A stretch of 64,000 bases of DNA, from IMG/VR virus record IMGVR_UViG_2895427314_000002, positions 1-64,000 of that record; one strand, 5' to 3'. Under the pieces are notes generated by a model. The model saw only the letters and a list, made by a program, of their open reading frames with translations. It was not told where the DNA came from and did no database searches. The number at the start of each line of letters is the position of its first letter. The first letter of the stretch is position 1. The position numbers were made by a program, and so were the translations under genes. The stretch comes from a virus. Its lineage: Duplodnaviria; Caudoviricetes. This document shows positions 18,614-28,619 of the stretch, in pieces.

Positions 18614-18853
18614 CTAGCGCATGCGGTCCAACCGGGCGCTGACCCGGTCGAAGGAGCGGACGTACGCCTCGTCCACGGGACGCCGCTGGGCAGGCCGGAG
18701 GATCGCGTGGACCGTGGTGGCTGTGGCGAGGAGCGTGAGTCCGGCCGCCGTGGCAAGCACGGCCGGGGCGACCTGGCCGATCTGACTGGCCAGGAGCGTG
18801 AGGACGGCCCCGGTGGCGATGGCCGTGGCGGCGATCCGGGCTGACCGGTGCAT
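18614..18853 (-). CDS. Small two-helix membrane protein
   Basis: RBS AGGGGG; two hydrophobic Ala/Thr/Leu stretches. Confidence 0.65.
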   Translation of the reverse strand: MHRSARIAATAIATGAVLTLLASQIGQVAPAVLATAAGLTLLATATTVHAILRPAQRRPVDEAYVRSFDRVSARLDRMR

Positions 18854-19123
18854 GAAACCCCCTGTGGTTGCGCTAATTCGGTGTCCCCTGTGGGGCGCGA
18901 TCACAGACATCGGCTTGCATGGCCGTAGTGACGATACGGGGTCACCGTGACGTGACGCCAGGGTCTCCGGACCGGCGCTCGGAAGAGGAAAGCACTCGTC
19001 GTTGCTCTTGGGCACATCGTGCGGCACCATGGCGGACACGATCACCATTGTGACTTCCCCCCAGGTGGGTTACTGATCGTGCCATCACCACCCGCTCATA
19101 CCTGGGAGAGAGGGGGACACCAC

Positions 19124-21910
19124 ATGCGGTTTGAGGTGCTGGGGCGTCTCACCGTCCACGCCGAGGGCCAGCAGATCGCCCTGTCTCCTCTCAAACGCCG
19201 CCTCGTCGCGGCGCTGCTGCTGGCGGGCCCAGCGGGCATCCTCGCCGAAGAATTGATGAAGGCTCTGTGGGGCGACGACTGGGGCCGCGAAGGGGGCCTA
19301 AAAACTCAGGTGTCTGAGCTGCGTCTCCTCCTGCCGGAGCGTATCCCCGCGGGCGGCCCGGCCGGCTACCGCCTCGATCTCCTGCCCAGCGATAGCTTCG
19401 ACCTGAACGAATACCGGGCTCTGCGCAGCGACGGCCAGGCGTTCGCGGAACGCGGCGACCACGCGAGGGCGGCGAACGTGCTCTCCCGGGCGCTGGCCCT
19501 GTGGGGTGAGCCGCCGTTAGCGGACGCGCCCGGCGGCGGTGGGACGCTGGTGGTGGCGCGTGACGACCTGCTGGCCGACCGCAGAGACACGGTGATGGCG
19601 CTGCTCCAGGCCCGGCTACAGGTCGGGCAGCATCGCGAGATTGTGAGCGCGGTGCGCCACGAACTGATTCACGATCCGCTGTCGGAGCAGCTGCATGCTC
19701 TGCTGATGACCGCCCTGCACCGCAGTGGCGAACGCATTCGGGCGCTCCAGCACTTCGAGGCCGTCAGCACGCTGCTCGTACGGGAAACAGGCGTCGGCCC
19801 TGGCGCTGGCCTGCGCCACCTCCGGGAGGAGATCGCCAACGACGAGGACCGCCTGGTGACCAGCAGTTCCCGCGCATCGGCCGCGCCGCTCGCCTGGCCG
19901 CCGCCCGCGCAGCTCCCCCCTGACGTCACCGACTACACCGGGCGCGAGGAGGAGGTGCAGCGGCTCGTCGGCTATTTCACCTCGGCCGAGAAAGGCACCG
20001 GCGTCCGGATCGCCTCGATCACGGGCCCCGGTGGCGTGGGGAAAAGCGCGCTGGCGGTCCATGTCGCGCATCTGGTCCGTCACGCGTACCCGGACGGCCA
20101 GTTGTACGTCCGCGTCGAGGCGTTCTCAGAACGGCCGCGTAATGTCAGCCAGGTCCTCGCTGAACTGCTCGGCTCGCTCGGAGTCCACCCGCAAGACCTT
20201 CCTCGTACTCCGGCCGAGCGCACCGCGCTGCTGCGCTCCTTGCTCGCCAACCGGCGCGTGCTGCTCGTTCTGGACGACGTGCTGGGATCCCACCAGGTCA
20301 ACCCGCTGTTACCGGGCACGGCCGGGTGCGGCGTCATCATCACCAGCCGCAGGCACCTGGCCGAAGGCGCCATGATGCGCCTGCGGCTCCACCCGCTTCG
20401 CCCCAACGACTCCCTGCACCTGCTTGGGGAGATCATCGGCCGCGACCGCATCGCCTCCGACACAGGGGCCGCCGCTGCCCTGGCGGCTGCGTGCGACGGC
20501 TTCCCGCTCGCAATCCGGGTGGCGGGGGCGCGCCTGACAGCACAGCCACACTGGAGTCTGCGGTACTTCGCCGACCGTCTGGCCGAGCTCGACTCCGACG
20601 AGCTGGGGGTGTCCGCGAGCATCGCCGCCGACAGCTACCGCGCCCTGGAAGAAGACGCTCGCCGCGCGTTCCGCGCCGTGGCGCTGGCCGGCCCAGGTGA
20701 TTTCCCGAGCTGGGTCGCCACGATGCTGATGGGGGCCGACGCCGAGAAGCCGCTGGAAACGCTGATCACGCACAGTCTCGTCGCGCCCGCCGGCACCGAC
20801 GCCCTCGGCCGCCCGCGCTACCGCCAGCACGGGCTGTTGCGCGCCTTCGCCGCTGATCGGCTGGCCGAGCGTGTCGCTGAAAACGACGCGGTGGTGGACC
20901 GGCTCCTCCTTGGCTGGCTCGAACTGGCTGACCTAGCCGACTCGCTGATCCCGCATGAGCCGAACAACCCTCCTCCGGCCCGGCTCAGCGCGTCCCTGTA
21001 CGCACCGCCTCTGGCGCGGCGTCTCATCCAGGCTGACCCGCAGGCATGGTTTGCCTCCGAGATCGGGAACCTCCTGGAGGTGGTCCGGTTCGCCTGCCAC
21101 GAGCTTCGCGTCCAAAGCGCCACCAGTGTCGCGCTGCGCATCCATTCGTACCTGTTTTGGGCCCGCCGCAGCCGGGCGGCCCAGGACATGTGGCGACTCA
21201 TCATGCAGGCCGCCACCGCCGCCGGTGACGCACGGCTGGCGGCCGAAGCCCGGCTTCGGCTCGCGATCCTCATCATCCGGTCACCTGGAGGGGGCGAGCG
21301 GGCGATACCTATGCTCGATCTCAGCTCCGAGGTGTTCCGATCGATAGTCGATCGGCGCGGCCTGGCACGATCGCTGGCTGCTCGGGCCTGGGCGGGCGAG
21401 CAGGTGCACGGGGAGGGGCGTGCAGAACATCTCGAACGGGCAACCGCCGACGCCGTCCAGGGCCTGCACATCGCCCAGACAGCACGCGACATCCACACGG
21501 AGGTGGCCTGCCTGCGCGTCCTGGGGTTCGTGCTCGCCCAGCGCGGCCTGTACGACGAGGCGCTCACCCGGTCCCAGGAGGCGGTGAGGCTGGCCCAGAC
21601 GATGCCGACCGGAACAGGGGAGCAGGCCTACCTGGCCTACACGCTGTGGATGATGGGCCGAGTCGAGCTGGCGGCGGGGAATTATGACGCGGTGCTCGAC
21701 CTCTGCAGGCGCCGCGTCGATCTCGTGAGCCCGCTCGGGCATGTGGCCGGCGACGCGACGTACCTGGAGATGGAAGGCGACGCCCTGATGAGGCTCGGCC
21801 GCCAGGGGGAGGCGGCCGAGCGGTACGCCGCAGCGGCTACGCAGTACGAGGGCGAAGGCACAGACCATCACGCCGAACGTTGCAAGCGCAAGTTCGCCGC
21901 GGTGACGTAA
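19124..21910 (+). CDS. AfsR/SARP-family regulator (wHTH-BTAD, NB-ARC, TPR)
   Basis: MRFEVLGRL; ALALWGEPPL; PAQLPPDVTDYTGR; Walker A GPGGVGKS; Walker B LLVLDD; IITSR; GFPLAI. Confidence 0.93.
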   Translation: MRFEVLGRLTVHAEGQQIALSPLKRRLVAALLLAGPAGILAEELMKALWGDDWGREGGLKTQVSELRLLLPERIPAGGPAGYRLDLLPSDSFDLNEYRALRSDGQAFAERGDHARAANVLSRALALWGEPPLADAPGGGGTLVVARDDLLADRRDTVMALLQARLQVGQHREIVSAVRHELIHDPLSEQLHALLMTALHRSGERIRALQHFEAVSTLLVRETGVGPGAGLRHLREEIANDEDRLVTSSSRASAAPLAWPPPAQLPPDVTDYTGREEEVQRLVGYFTSAEKGTGVRIASITGPGGVGKSALAVHVAHLVRHAYPDGQLYVRVEAFSERPRNVSQVLAELLGSLGVHPQDLPRTPAERTALLRSLLANRRVLLVLDDVLGSHQVNPLLPGTAGCGVIITSRRHLAEGAMMRLRLHPLRPNDSLHLLGEIIGRDRIASDTGAAAALAAACDGFPLAIRVAGARLTAQPHWSLRYFADRLAELDSDELGVSASIAADSYRALEEDARRAFRAVALAGPGDFPSWVATMLMGADAEKPLETLITHSLVAPAGTDALGRPRYRQHGLLRAFAADRLAERVAENDAVVDRLLLGWLELADLADSLIPHEPNNPPPARLSASLYAPPLARRLIQADPQAWFASEIGNLLEVVRFACHELRVQSATSVALRIHSYLFWARRSRAAQDMWRLIMQAATAAGDARLAAEARLRLAILIIRSPGGGERAIPMLDLSSEVFRSIVDRRGLARSLAARAWAGEQVHGEGRAEHLERATADAVQGLHIAQTARDIHTEVACLRVLGFVLAQRGLYDEALTRSQEAVRLAQTMPTGTGEQAYLAYTLWMMGRVELAAGNYDAVLDLCRRRVDLVSPLGHVAGDATYLEMEGDALMRLGRQGEAAERYAAAATQYEGEGTDHHAERCKRKFAAVT

Positions 21911-21911
21911 G

Positions 21912-22691
21912 TCACGGCTTGACGGCGACCCCGCAACGGAGCTTCAGCGGCTGGGATGCGTCGGCAGACAACACCTTGCCGGGCGCCCACTGCTCGGTGA
22001 ACACAAAGCCGGGCGGGTCTACCAGGTCAAGTCCGTCGAAGAACCGCAGGATCTCCTTTCCGGATCGGAGGTTCAGCGGGACTGCCAACTGCTGCCGGGA
22101 GATCCGCTCGGACACGACGGGGCTCATCTCGTCGGTGGTGACATGCGAGAGGATGAGCATCGACCCGGGCGCCAACTGCTCCATCAGGTCGTGGACGATG
22201 CCGTACGGGTCGTTCCCGTCGGGCACGAAGTGCAGGACGGCCACCAGCAGGAGCGCGACCGGCTTGGTCAAGTCGATCAGTTCCTGAGTCACGGGGTTGC
22301 TGATGATCTCGGCGGGAGTCATCACGTCCCCGTTGATGTAGCCGGTCCTGGGGTCATTGAGCAGCCCCTGGGCGTGAAGGAGCACCGTGGGATCGTTATC
22401 GACGTACACCACGGACGCGTCAGGCACCATCCGCTGCGCGACCTGGTGCACGTTGTCCTGGGTGGGCAGGCCGGAGCCGACGTCCAGGAACTGCTTGACG
22501 CCGCAGCTCGCTGCGTAGCCGGTCGCCGCTGCGAGGAACCTGCGGTTGATCACCGCCGCGTCCCGGGCCTCCGGTGCGTCTTGAAGCACGATCTGCACTT
22601 GTTGCCGGTCTATCTCGAAGTTCTCCTTGCCGCCCAGCAGAAAGTCGTACATGCGTGCGGGGGAGGGTTTCGTCTGGTCGATCGATGACAT
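21912..22691 (-). CDS. SAM-dependent methyltransferase (Methyltransf_19 / DUF574)
   Basis: PSPARMYDFLLGGKENF, QFLDVGSGLPT, VVYVDNDP. Confidence 0.92.
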   Translation of the reverse strand: MSSIDQTKPSPARMYDFLLGGKENFEIDRQQVQIVLQDAPEARDAAVINRRFLAAATGYAASCGVKQFLDVGSGLPTQDNVHQVAQRMVPDASVVYVDNDPTVLLHAQGLLNDPRTGYINGDVMTPAEIISNPVTQELIDLTKPVALLLVAVLHFVPDGNDPYGIVHDLMEQLAPGSMLILSHVTTDEMSPVVSERISRQQLAVPLNLRSGKEILRFFDGLDLVDPPGFVFTEQWAPGKVLSADASQPLKLRCGVAVKP

Positions 22692-23016
22692 ATTCCACCT
22701 TCGAGTTGGGGCGCCGACGAACTCATTTCCGCGCCTCACAGCGGCAAGCAGCCAACAACGCCGCAATCGTAGGCACTTCGGCGCTCACGATCCAGGCCGC
22801 TGACTGACAGGCTGTGCTGCGCGAAGAGGAGACAGCCCCTGTGCCTGGGAGAACATGACCGAACCCGCGAAAGGCAAACCGGATCCTAACCGCTCACTAA
22901 CCCCACATCCTGCCGATTCTCCGTACTGTCGCTCATCGGCAACGAGAAACGAGAATGGTCTTAGCTGTTGCCTCTCAAGCGAATGCCCTCTCCGCTACCC
23001 GTTTGGGAGTCCCGTA

Positions 23017-23400
23017 GTGAATAACTCGGCTGGAGGACGCTCACAGCACGCACAGACCCGGTCGCGGCACCGTCGTCGTTGGCTGGCTGACGTGGCGTCG
23101 ATGATGGCGGGAATGACCGCGCCCGCGCTCGTGCTAGCCGTCGCGCATGAGATGAGCCCGCGGGTTCTTCTGCTGCTTGCCGCATGGATGGTGGTACCGC
23201 TCTACGCCGGGACGCGTGTGATCGCGGACGTGCACTATGGGCTCAGGTGGTGGTCAGCGTCGCGCTCCGGCGCGCGGCATGCCCGCCGCCTCGCCAGAAT
23301 CAACGCCACAACATTCCCACGGATCGCGCCAACCAACGCGGCCTCACAGGCGTCACACAAGGCGGCGATCACCACAGAGCACGGTAGGAGCGGGGCATGA
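23017..23400 (+). CDS. Small membrane protein
   Basis: RBS GGGAG, GTG 23017; two hydrophobic segments. Confidence 0.5.
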   Translation: MNNSAGGRSQHAQTRSRHRRRWLADVASMMAGMTAPALVLAVAHEMSPRVLLLLAAWMVVPLYAGTRVIADVHYGLRWWSASRSGARHARRLARINATTFPRIAPTNAASQASHKAAITTEHGRSGA

Positions 23401-23467
23401 TGAACCATCCGGGCATGCTGGGACAGCGGCTCGCGCCGGTGTCCCCCGTCCGGGCGGAAGGGCAGAG

Positions 23468-23974
23468 TCAGCGCCGGTCGAGACTCGTGGTGCTGACCTG
23501 CTCGCGGTCGAGGACCTGGCGGGCGCGCTCCAGCAGATACCGCTTCATGCGCTCCTTTTCCGGGCCGCTGGCGTTCAGGGCGTCGATCTCGGCGTACGCG
23601 TCCCGCAGGAAGCCCTCCACGGCGTCGGCCGCACGGTCGGCGGCCCGCTCGGCGGCGGCGTCCTTGGCTTCCCGGTCGGTGAGGATCTGCCGCAGGAGGT
23701 CGGCGGCTTCGGTGCGGCCGGTGGCGGCCAGCTCGTCGGCGGGGACGCCGATGCCCCAGGCCCACCAGGCGAGGTCCTTGTCCGTGATGTCGGTGACGGT
23801 GCCGGATTCTCGTCGTCGCCAGAACTGCTCGTTGAACTTGTGTCCTGACGCCTCGGAGATCTTGCGGGCGAGCGGGCGGACCTGAAGTTCGGGCTCGGGG
23901 CTGCCCTCGCGTTTGCGGTAGCGGACGAGGAGCGCCAGGGCGGGGCTGAGCTGGGTTGTTCTGGTGGCAGGCAT
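23468..23974 (-). CDS. XRE-like phage repressor candidate
   Basis: VRPLARKI...NEQFWRRRESG...LAWWAWGIGVPADELAATGRTEAA; divergent from recombination operon. Confidence 0.65.
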   Translation of the reverse strand: MPATRTTQLSPALALLVRYRKREGSPEPELQVRPLARKISEASGHKFNEQFWRRRESGTVTDITDKDLAWWAWGIGVPADELAATGRTEAADLLRQILTDREAKDAAAERAADRAADAVEGFLRDAYAEIDALNASGPEKERMKRYLLERARQVLDREQVSTTSLDRR

Positions 23975-24164
23975 GGTGGCGGCATCCCCTCGTGGCGGAC
24001 CGGGATCGACGCGAGCGTATCACCCACGCTCGCGCCGGTCGCGTCTGCTGGCCTCTGTAAAGATCTCTTACTGCTCTTGTCGATCTTGGATTGGCCGCCT
24101 GCCGATAGGCGCGAGAGACGCACTCAGAGCGTGACACGCGCGTCGCTCAGGCGTAGGCTGGAGG

Positions 24165-24178
24165 TGTCGCGAGACACG
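24165..24178. promoter_or_regulatory. Operator-like motif TGTCGCGAGACACG
   Basis: Reverse complement of 15759..15772. Confidence 0.55.
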
Positions 24179-24249
24179 CACGACCAAGATCAACGAGTCT
24201 CGCGGCGACCACCACCACTAGCGGAAACGCCACATTCCGCACCCGGCCC

Positions 24250-24267
24250 GTTGGCGAAACCGCCAAC
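24250..24267. promoter_or_regulatory. 18-bp palindrome GTTGGCG-AAAC-CGCCAAC
   Basis: Perfect copy before RBS of 24287. Confidence 0.85.
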
Positions 24268-24286
24268 GAACCCCGAGGGAGACGCA

Positions 24287-24472
24287 GTGACCACCAGCCC
24301 CCACGCCGACCACGCCGCCAACCGCGCGGCCGACCTCGCCCTCATGGCGAGCCACCCGGACTGCTCCTACGCCGACGCCGCCCGCGACCTCCTCATCACG
24401 CAAGTGGGGCCGAAGTCCGCCCGCCAGCTCATCGCTGCCGCCCGCGCCGTCCTCGCGGAGCAGGAGGCCTGA
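24287..24472 (+). CDS. Hypothetical protein
   Basis: RBS GAGGGAG, GTG 24287. Confidence 0.65.
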   Translation: MTTSPHADHAANRAADLALMASHPDCSYADAARDLLITQVGPKSARQLIAAARAVLAEQEA

Positions 24473-24477
24473 CGCCG

Positions 24478-24882
24478 ATGAGCCGCAACATCAAGCCGGG
24501 GGACCGCCTCCGGGTCACCATCGTCTGCGACGCGAACCTGCTCGACGGCCAGGATCTATGGGTCACCGTTCCCGCGTCCCACACTCCCCGGCTGACCTTC
24601 AAGATTCCTCTGGACAGCCGAGACGTCACCATCGACGTCCACACCCCGCACCACTGGCCCCCCATGCGGGGCGATGTCTGGACAGACGGTAAGGACCGCG
24701 AATGGTTCGCCGTCCAGGACGAGCCCGGGACGCCCGTCACCCTCGTGACCGAACACGGCAACCACGCTGCCAGCGACCCCGAGGAACTGCTGCCCCTGCA
24801 CAGCCCCTGGAGGATCGCGTACAAGGGCCGGGAACGCAGGGAAGCCGAGCACCGCGACCTCGGCGACGAGCCGCCGTTCTGA
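24478..24882 (+). CDS. Hypothetical phage protein
   Basis: RBS GGAGG; WPPMRGDVWTD motif. Confidence 0.75.
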   Translation: MSRNIKPGDRLRVTIVCDANLLDGQDLWVTVPASHTPRLTFKIPLDSRDVTIDVHTPHHWPPMRGDVWTDGKDREWFAVQDEPGTPVTLVTEHGNHAASDPEELLPLHSPWRIAYKGRERREAEHRDLGDEPPF

Positions 24883-25820
24883 TGAGCACCGTCACCGACA
24901 CCCTGGAGTTCCTCGGCCGGTTCGAGCCGGGAAGTCCCGAATGGCTCGCCGCCCGCACGGGACCGGACGGGCCACGGCTGGGCGGCACCGATGCTGGCGC
25001 GCTGGTCGGCGCGAACACGTTCATCTCCCCATACGGCCTGGCGATGATTCTCACCGGCCGGGCCGAACGCGAAGAGACGAGCGACGACGCCGAACGCGGT
25101 TATCTCCTCGAACCGTCCCTCGCCGCCTACTTCCGCAAGATGCACCCGGAGTGGGAGATCGTGGACCACCCCGGCACGTACGCCCGCGGCTGGAAGCTCG
25201 CCAACCCCGACGCCCTCGTGTACCAGGGCGGCCGGCTCGTGGCGGGCGGCGAGTACAAGAGCGCCCGCTACCGCGACGAGTGGGGCGAGCCCGGCACCGA
25301 CGAGATCCCGCTCGGCTACTGGGTGCAGGTCATGTGGTACCTGCACATCTTCGGCCTGGCGCACTGGTACGTCGTGATGATCGGGCCCGGCCTGGAGTTC
25401 GCCGAGTACGTCGTCGAGTACGACGAGGAGGCGGCCCGCGCGCTGGTCGCGCAGGCGGCTGAGTTCCGCACGAACCTGCTGTGGGGCATCAAGCCGCCGC
25501 TCGACCACCACCCGCACACCTACCGAACACTGCGCGCAGCGCACCCCGAGATCGACGAGAGCCTGTCCATCAGCGTGTCCGACCCGGTCGGCATCCGCTA
25601 CGTCAACGCTGAGATTGCCGCCGCCGCGGCCGAGAACGAGCTGCTGGGCGCCAAGGCCGCCATCGCCGACGAGATGGGGCGAGCGAAGAAGGCGTACCTG
25701 AACGGCCAGGTCATCGCCACCCGCCGCCGTAATCGTGGACCGCACCCCCATGTGCAGGCGGTCCGGAACCTCCACAAGATCAAGCTTCCCGCCCTGGAAG
25801 GAGACCCCGATGGGCAGTGA
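24882..25820 (+). CDS. YqaJ-like viral recombinase exonuclease
   Basis: EWLAAR...LGGTD...RGYLLE...LANPD...EYKSA...YWVQVMWY. Confidence 0.9.
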   Translation: MSTVTDTLEFLGRFEPGSPEWLAARTGPDGPRLGGTDAGALVGANTFISPYGLAMILTGRAEREETSDDAERGYLLEPSLAAYFRKMHPEWEIVDHPGTYARGWKLANPDALVYQGGRLVAGGEYKSARYRDEWGEPGTDEIPLGYWVQVMWYLHIFGLAHWYVVMIGPGLEFAEYVVEYDEEAARALVAQAAEFRTNLLWGIKPPLDHHPHTYRTLRAAHPEIDESLSISVSDPVGIRYVNAEIAAAAAENELLGAKAAIADEMGRAKKAYLNGQVIATRRRNRGPHPHVQAVRNLHKIKLPALEGDPDGQ

Positions 25821-27492
25821 CCTCACCCCGCAGCAGAAGGACCGGCTGGCGAAGCTGGACGACCAGATCGTGGAGTACGAGCGGGTATTCCGCGAGGCAC
25901 TGCCGCCGGGCATCCGCATCGAGCGCTTCCTTCAGGACGCGCACAACGCGCTCGCGAACAACCCGGACCTGGCCAACGTCTACGCCCCCAGCGTCATCGG
26001 CGGCCTAGTGACGTGCGCGCAGCTCAACCTCCGCCCGCACGTCCCCGCGCTCGGGCACGCGTGGCTGATCCCGATGCGGAACAAGAAGGCGGGCGGCCGG
26101 CTCGATGCGACGCTGATCGTCGGCTACAAGGGGCTGACAGATATCGGCTACCGCGACCGCGACACCACCATGCTGGGCGCGTACGTGGTCAAGGAGGGTG
26201 ACGCCTTCCGGACCTGGTTCGACGACGGGGTGTGGCGCGTCCAGTACGAGCCCAACCGGCGCGACGCTGGCCGCGACCAGCGGCCGACCGAGGATTACTT
26301 CGCCATCGCGAAGTACCGAGGCGAAGTGCATGTCACCGAGCCCATGACGCATGCCCAGATGGTCCGCCACCGCAACAAATACGCCATGGCCCGCACCAGC
26401 GGTCCCTGGTGGGACAGCGGCGAGCACTCGCCCGAGTTCGACGAGCAGGGCAAGAAGACCATGATCCGAGCGCGGCTGGTCAAGCTGCTGCCGCAGACGA
26501 TCGAGTTGGTCACCGCCGCGTACGCCGACGAGGGCACTCGAACCGACGACGACCCGAACGCCGACATCCTCCAAGTCACCGTCCACCCCGGCCGCGACGA
26601 AGACGACGCGTCCGAGGAGAAAGGCGGGCAGCAGCCGACACATCAGCCCCGCTCCGTCGTCGCCCTGATCACTCAGCGGGCCATCACGGACGGCGAGCAG
26701 AACGGGGACGACGAGCCGACCAAGCAGGAACTGCTGGCCAATCTCGGCACCGCGTTGCTGAACAAGGGCATCAACGGCCCGGCGATGCTCGCGTATCTGT
26801 CCAAGGTGCTGAAGCGGCAGGTCAGCGACCCCAGGGAGCTGAACCGCGACGACATTACGAAGGTGCAGGCCGCCATCGGCAGGAGCCTGTTCCTGGACGG
26901 GGAGACTCCGGACCCTCCCGCTCCGCAGGCGGCCCGGCCACAAGTTCAGCCCACCGAGGCCGCTGCCTCCCAAGCGGCGTCGGAGCCACCCGCGGCTCCG
27001 GCCGCTGAGTCCACGCCTGGCCCCGCTTCCCAGAAGCAGCGGCGGCCTGTGGGTGCCGCCAACAGAGCGACGCTCACGAAGCTGAACACGCTGTTCACCG
27101 AAGCGGGCATCAGTGACGACGCCCGCTTCCTGTGGCTTCAGGGCGCCTGCAACGTCGAAGTCACCTCGACCGCCCAACTCACCGTCGCGAAGGCCGACGA
27201 GGCGATCCGCAAGCTCGAACCCGAGGTGCAGGCCCGCCGCAAGGATCTCCAGGTGCGAATCGTCACCGTGTGGACCGACCTGGACGGCACCAAGGACGAG
27301 CTGACCCCCGCCCTGTGCCTGTGGGTCAACGCAAACGCCCGGCGCCGCAAGCAGCCCGCGACCAGCCTGGACGACGTGTCCAACGTCCACCTTGCGGCCT
27401 TTCTCACGGCGCTGTCCGCCGCCCCGGACAAGGGCCAGATCACGCCGGACGCGTACCGGCAGGCCATCGCCGCGCAGACCGGCACTACTTGA
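25810..27492 (+). CDS. recT: RecT-family ssDNA-annealing recombinase with long C-terminal extension
   Basis: SVIGGLVTCAQLNL...LGHAWLIP...LIVGYKGL...VKEGDAF...GPW...KKTMIR. Confidence 0.88.
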   Translation: MGSDLTPQQKDRLAKLDDQIVEYERVFREALPPGIRIERFLQDAHNALANNPDLANVYAPSVIGGLVTCAQLNLRPHVPALGHAWLIPMRNKKAGGRLDATLIVGYKGLTDIGYRDRDTTMLGAYVVKEGDAFRTWFDDGVWRVQYEPNRRDAGRDQRPTEDYFAIAKYRGEVHVTEPMTHAQMVRHRNKYAMARTSGPWWDSGEHSPEFDEQGKKTMIRARLVKLLPQTIELVTAAYADEGTRTDDDPNADILQVTVHPGRDEDDASEEKGGQQPTHQPRSVVALITQRAITDGEQNGDDEPTKQELLANLGTALLNKGINGPAMLAYLSKVLKRQVSDPRELNRDDITKVQAAIGRSLFLDGETPDPPAPQAARPQVQPTEAAASQAASEPPAAPAAESTPGPASQKQRRPVGAANRATLTKLNTLFTEAGISDDARFLWLQGACNVEVTSTAQLTVAKADEAIRKLEPEVQARRKDLQVRIVTVWTDLDGTKDELTPALCLWVNANARRRKQPATSLDDVSNVHLAAFLTALSAAPDKGQITPDAYRQAIAAQTGTT

Positions 27493-27553
27493 TCCTCACC
27501 GCGCCCCGTGCACGGGCGCGCACCCCCACCCCCCGTTGAGAAAGGACACACGG

Positions 27554-28009
27554 ATGTCGATCGACGCCCTCCCCGAGGAGACCGGCACACCGGCCCTCTA
27601 CACGCCTGCCGTCCGCAACTTCCTCACCCAGGGCCTCCAGCAGGTCAACGACGCCATCACCGGCGCCGAACGGCACCTCGCCGATCTCGACACCCGGCGC
27701 GAGGCCGTCCACGCGGAGATCGCCGAGCAGCAGGCCGCCGCCCAGCGCCACCTCGCGGGCCTCCACCAGAGCCGCGAACAGCTCCTCGCGCTCGTCGGCA
27801 AGAACGAGTCTCGGGACCCCGGCAGCGAGGAGTCGCGGCCAACGCTCGTGTGCTCCTGCGCCCGGCTCGCGGTCCTGGACCCGGTGCACGGCGCCGTGCA
27901 CGAGGTCAACGGCACCCGCCTGCCCGCCATGGAGGCGTGCCAGATGCCGCCGCTCGGATTCCTCGGACTGCCGGGCCGCGTCGCCGGCGGAGAGGGCCCG
28001 ATCACGTGA
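27554..28009 (+). CDS. Coiled-coil hypothetical protein
   Basis: RBS AAAGGA. Confidence 0.7.
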   Translation: MSIDALPEETGTPALYTPAVRNFLTQGLQQVNDAITGAERHLADLDTRREAVHAEIAEQQAAAQRHLAGLHQSREQLLALVGKNESRDPGSEESRPTLVCSCARLAVLDPVHGAVHEVNGTRLPAMEACQMPPLGFLGLPGRVAGGEGPIT

Positions 28010-28227
28010 ACGGCTTGGTCTCCACGCCCGCCGCGACGGCGCCCACGGGTTTCTGGCTCGTGTTCGTGAACAACGTCGCGCTCAACCCCGAGCACCCGCT
28101 GCCGCTGCTGGCCGCGGCAGCAGCGTTCGTCCAGGCAGGCCTCAACCATCCCGGCCAGGAGGTCGGTGTCGCCCCCTGCGGCCCCGAAGACCTGGCCAAC
28201 GCAGGAACCACCCAGGAGAGGGCATGA
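28006..28227 (+). CDS. Hypothetical protein
   Basis: GTGA/ATGA coupling. Confidence 0.6.
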   Translation: MNGLVSTPAATAPTGFWLVFVNNVALNPEHPLPLLAAAAAFVQAGLNHPGQEVGVAPCGPEDLANAGTTQERA

Positions 28228-28619
28228 TTACCACCACCGACGTGACCGACGTCACCCCGGACATGATCCGGCCGAAAGCCCAGGCCGTGCTGCGCCGCGA
28301 CGGCTGGATCCAGGACAACTACGCCGACCGGCGGACCGGCAAGCGCGGCGTGTGCCTCGTCGAGGCCATCGGCCGCGCCGCCGGGCTCCCTCCGTTCACG
28401 CTCGCCCGCAAGAAGCTCCGCCGCGCCGACGCCCACCTGCACCCCCAGTGGGAGGCGGCGCACAACCTCATCGACGAGCTCGCCACCCACCTGGGGCGCG
28501 ACCCCGAGAACGACGAGCTGACCCCGCGCTGGTGGCTGACGCAGTGGAACGACTGGTGCGACCGCACGCCCGAGCAGGTGCTGGCCGCCCTCGAACCCCC
28601 GGCCGTCGAGAAAGCATGA
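28224..28619 (+). CDS. DUF6197-like phage protein
   Basis: GWIQ...VCLVEAI...QWND..RTPEQVLAAL. Confidence 0.7.
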   Translation: MITTTDVTDVTPDMIRPKAQAVLRRDGWIQDNYADRRTGKRGVCLVEAIGRAAGLPPFTLARKKLRRADAHLHPQWEAAHNLIDELATHLGRDPENDELTPRWWLTQWNDWCDRTPEQVLAALEPPAVEKA

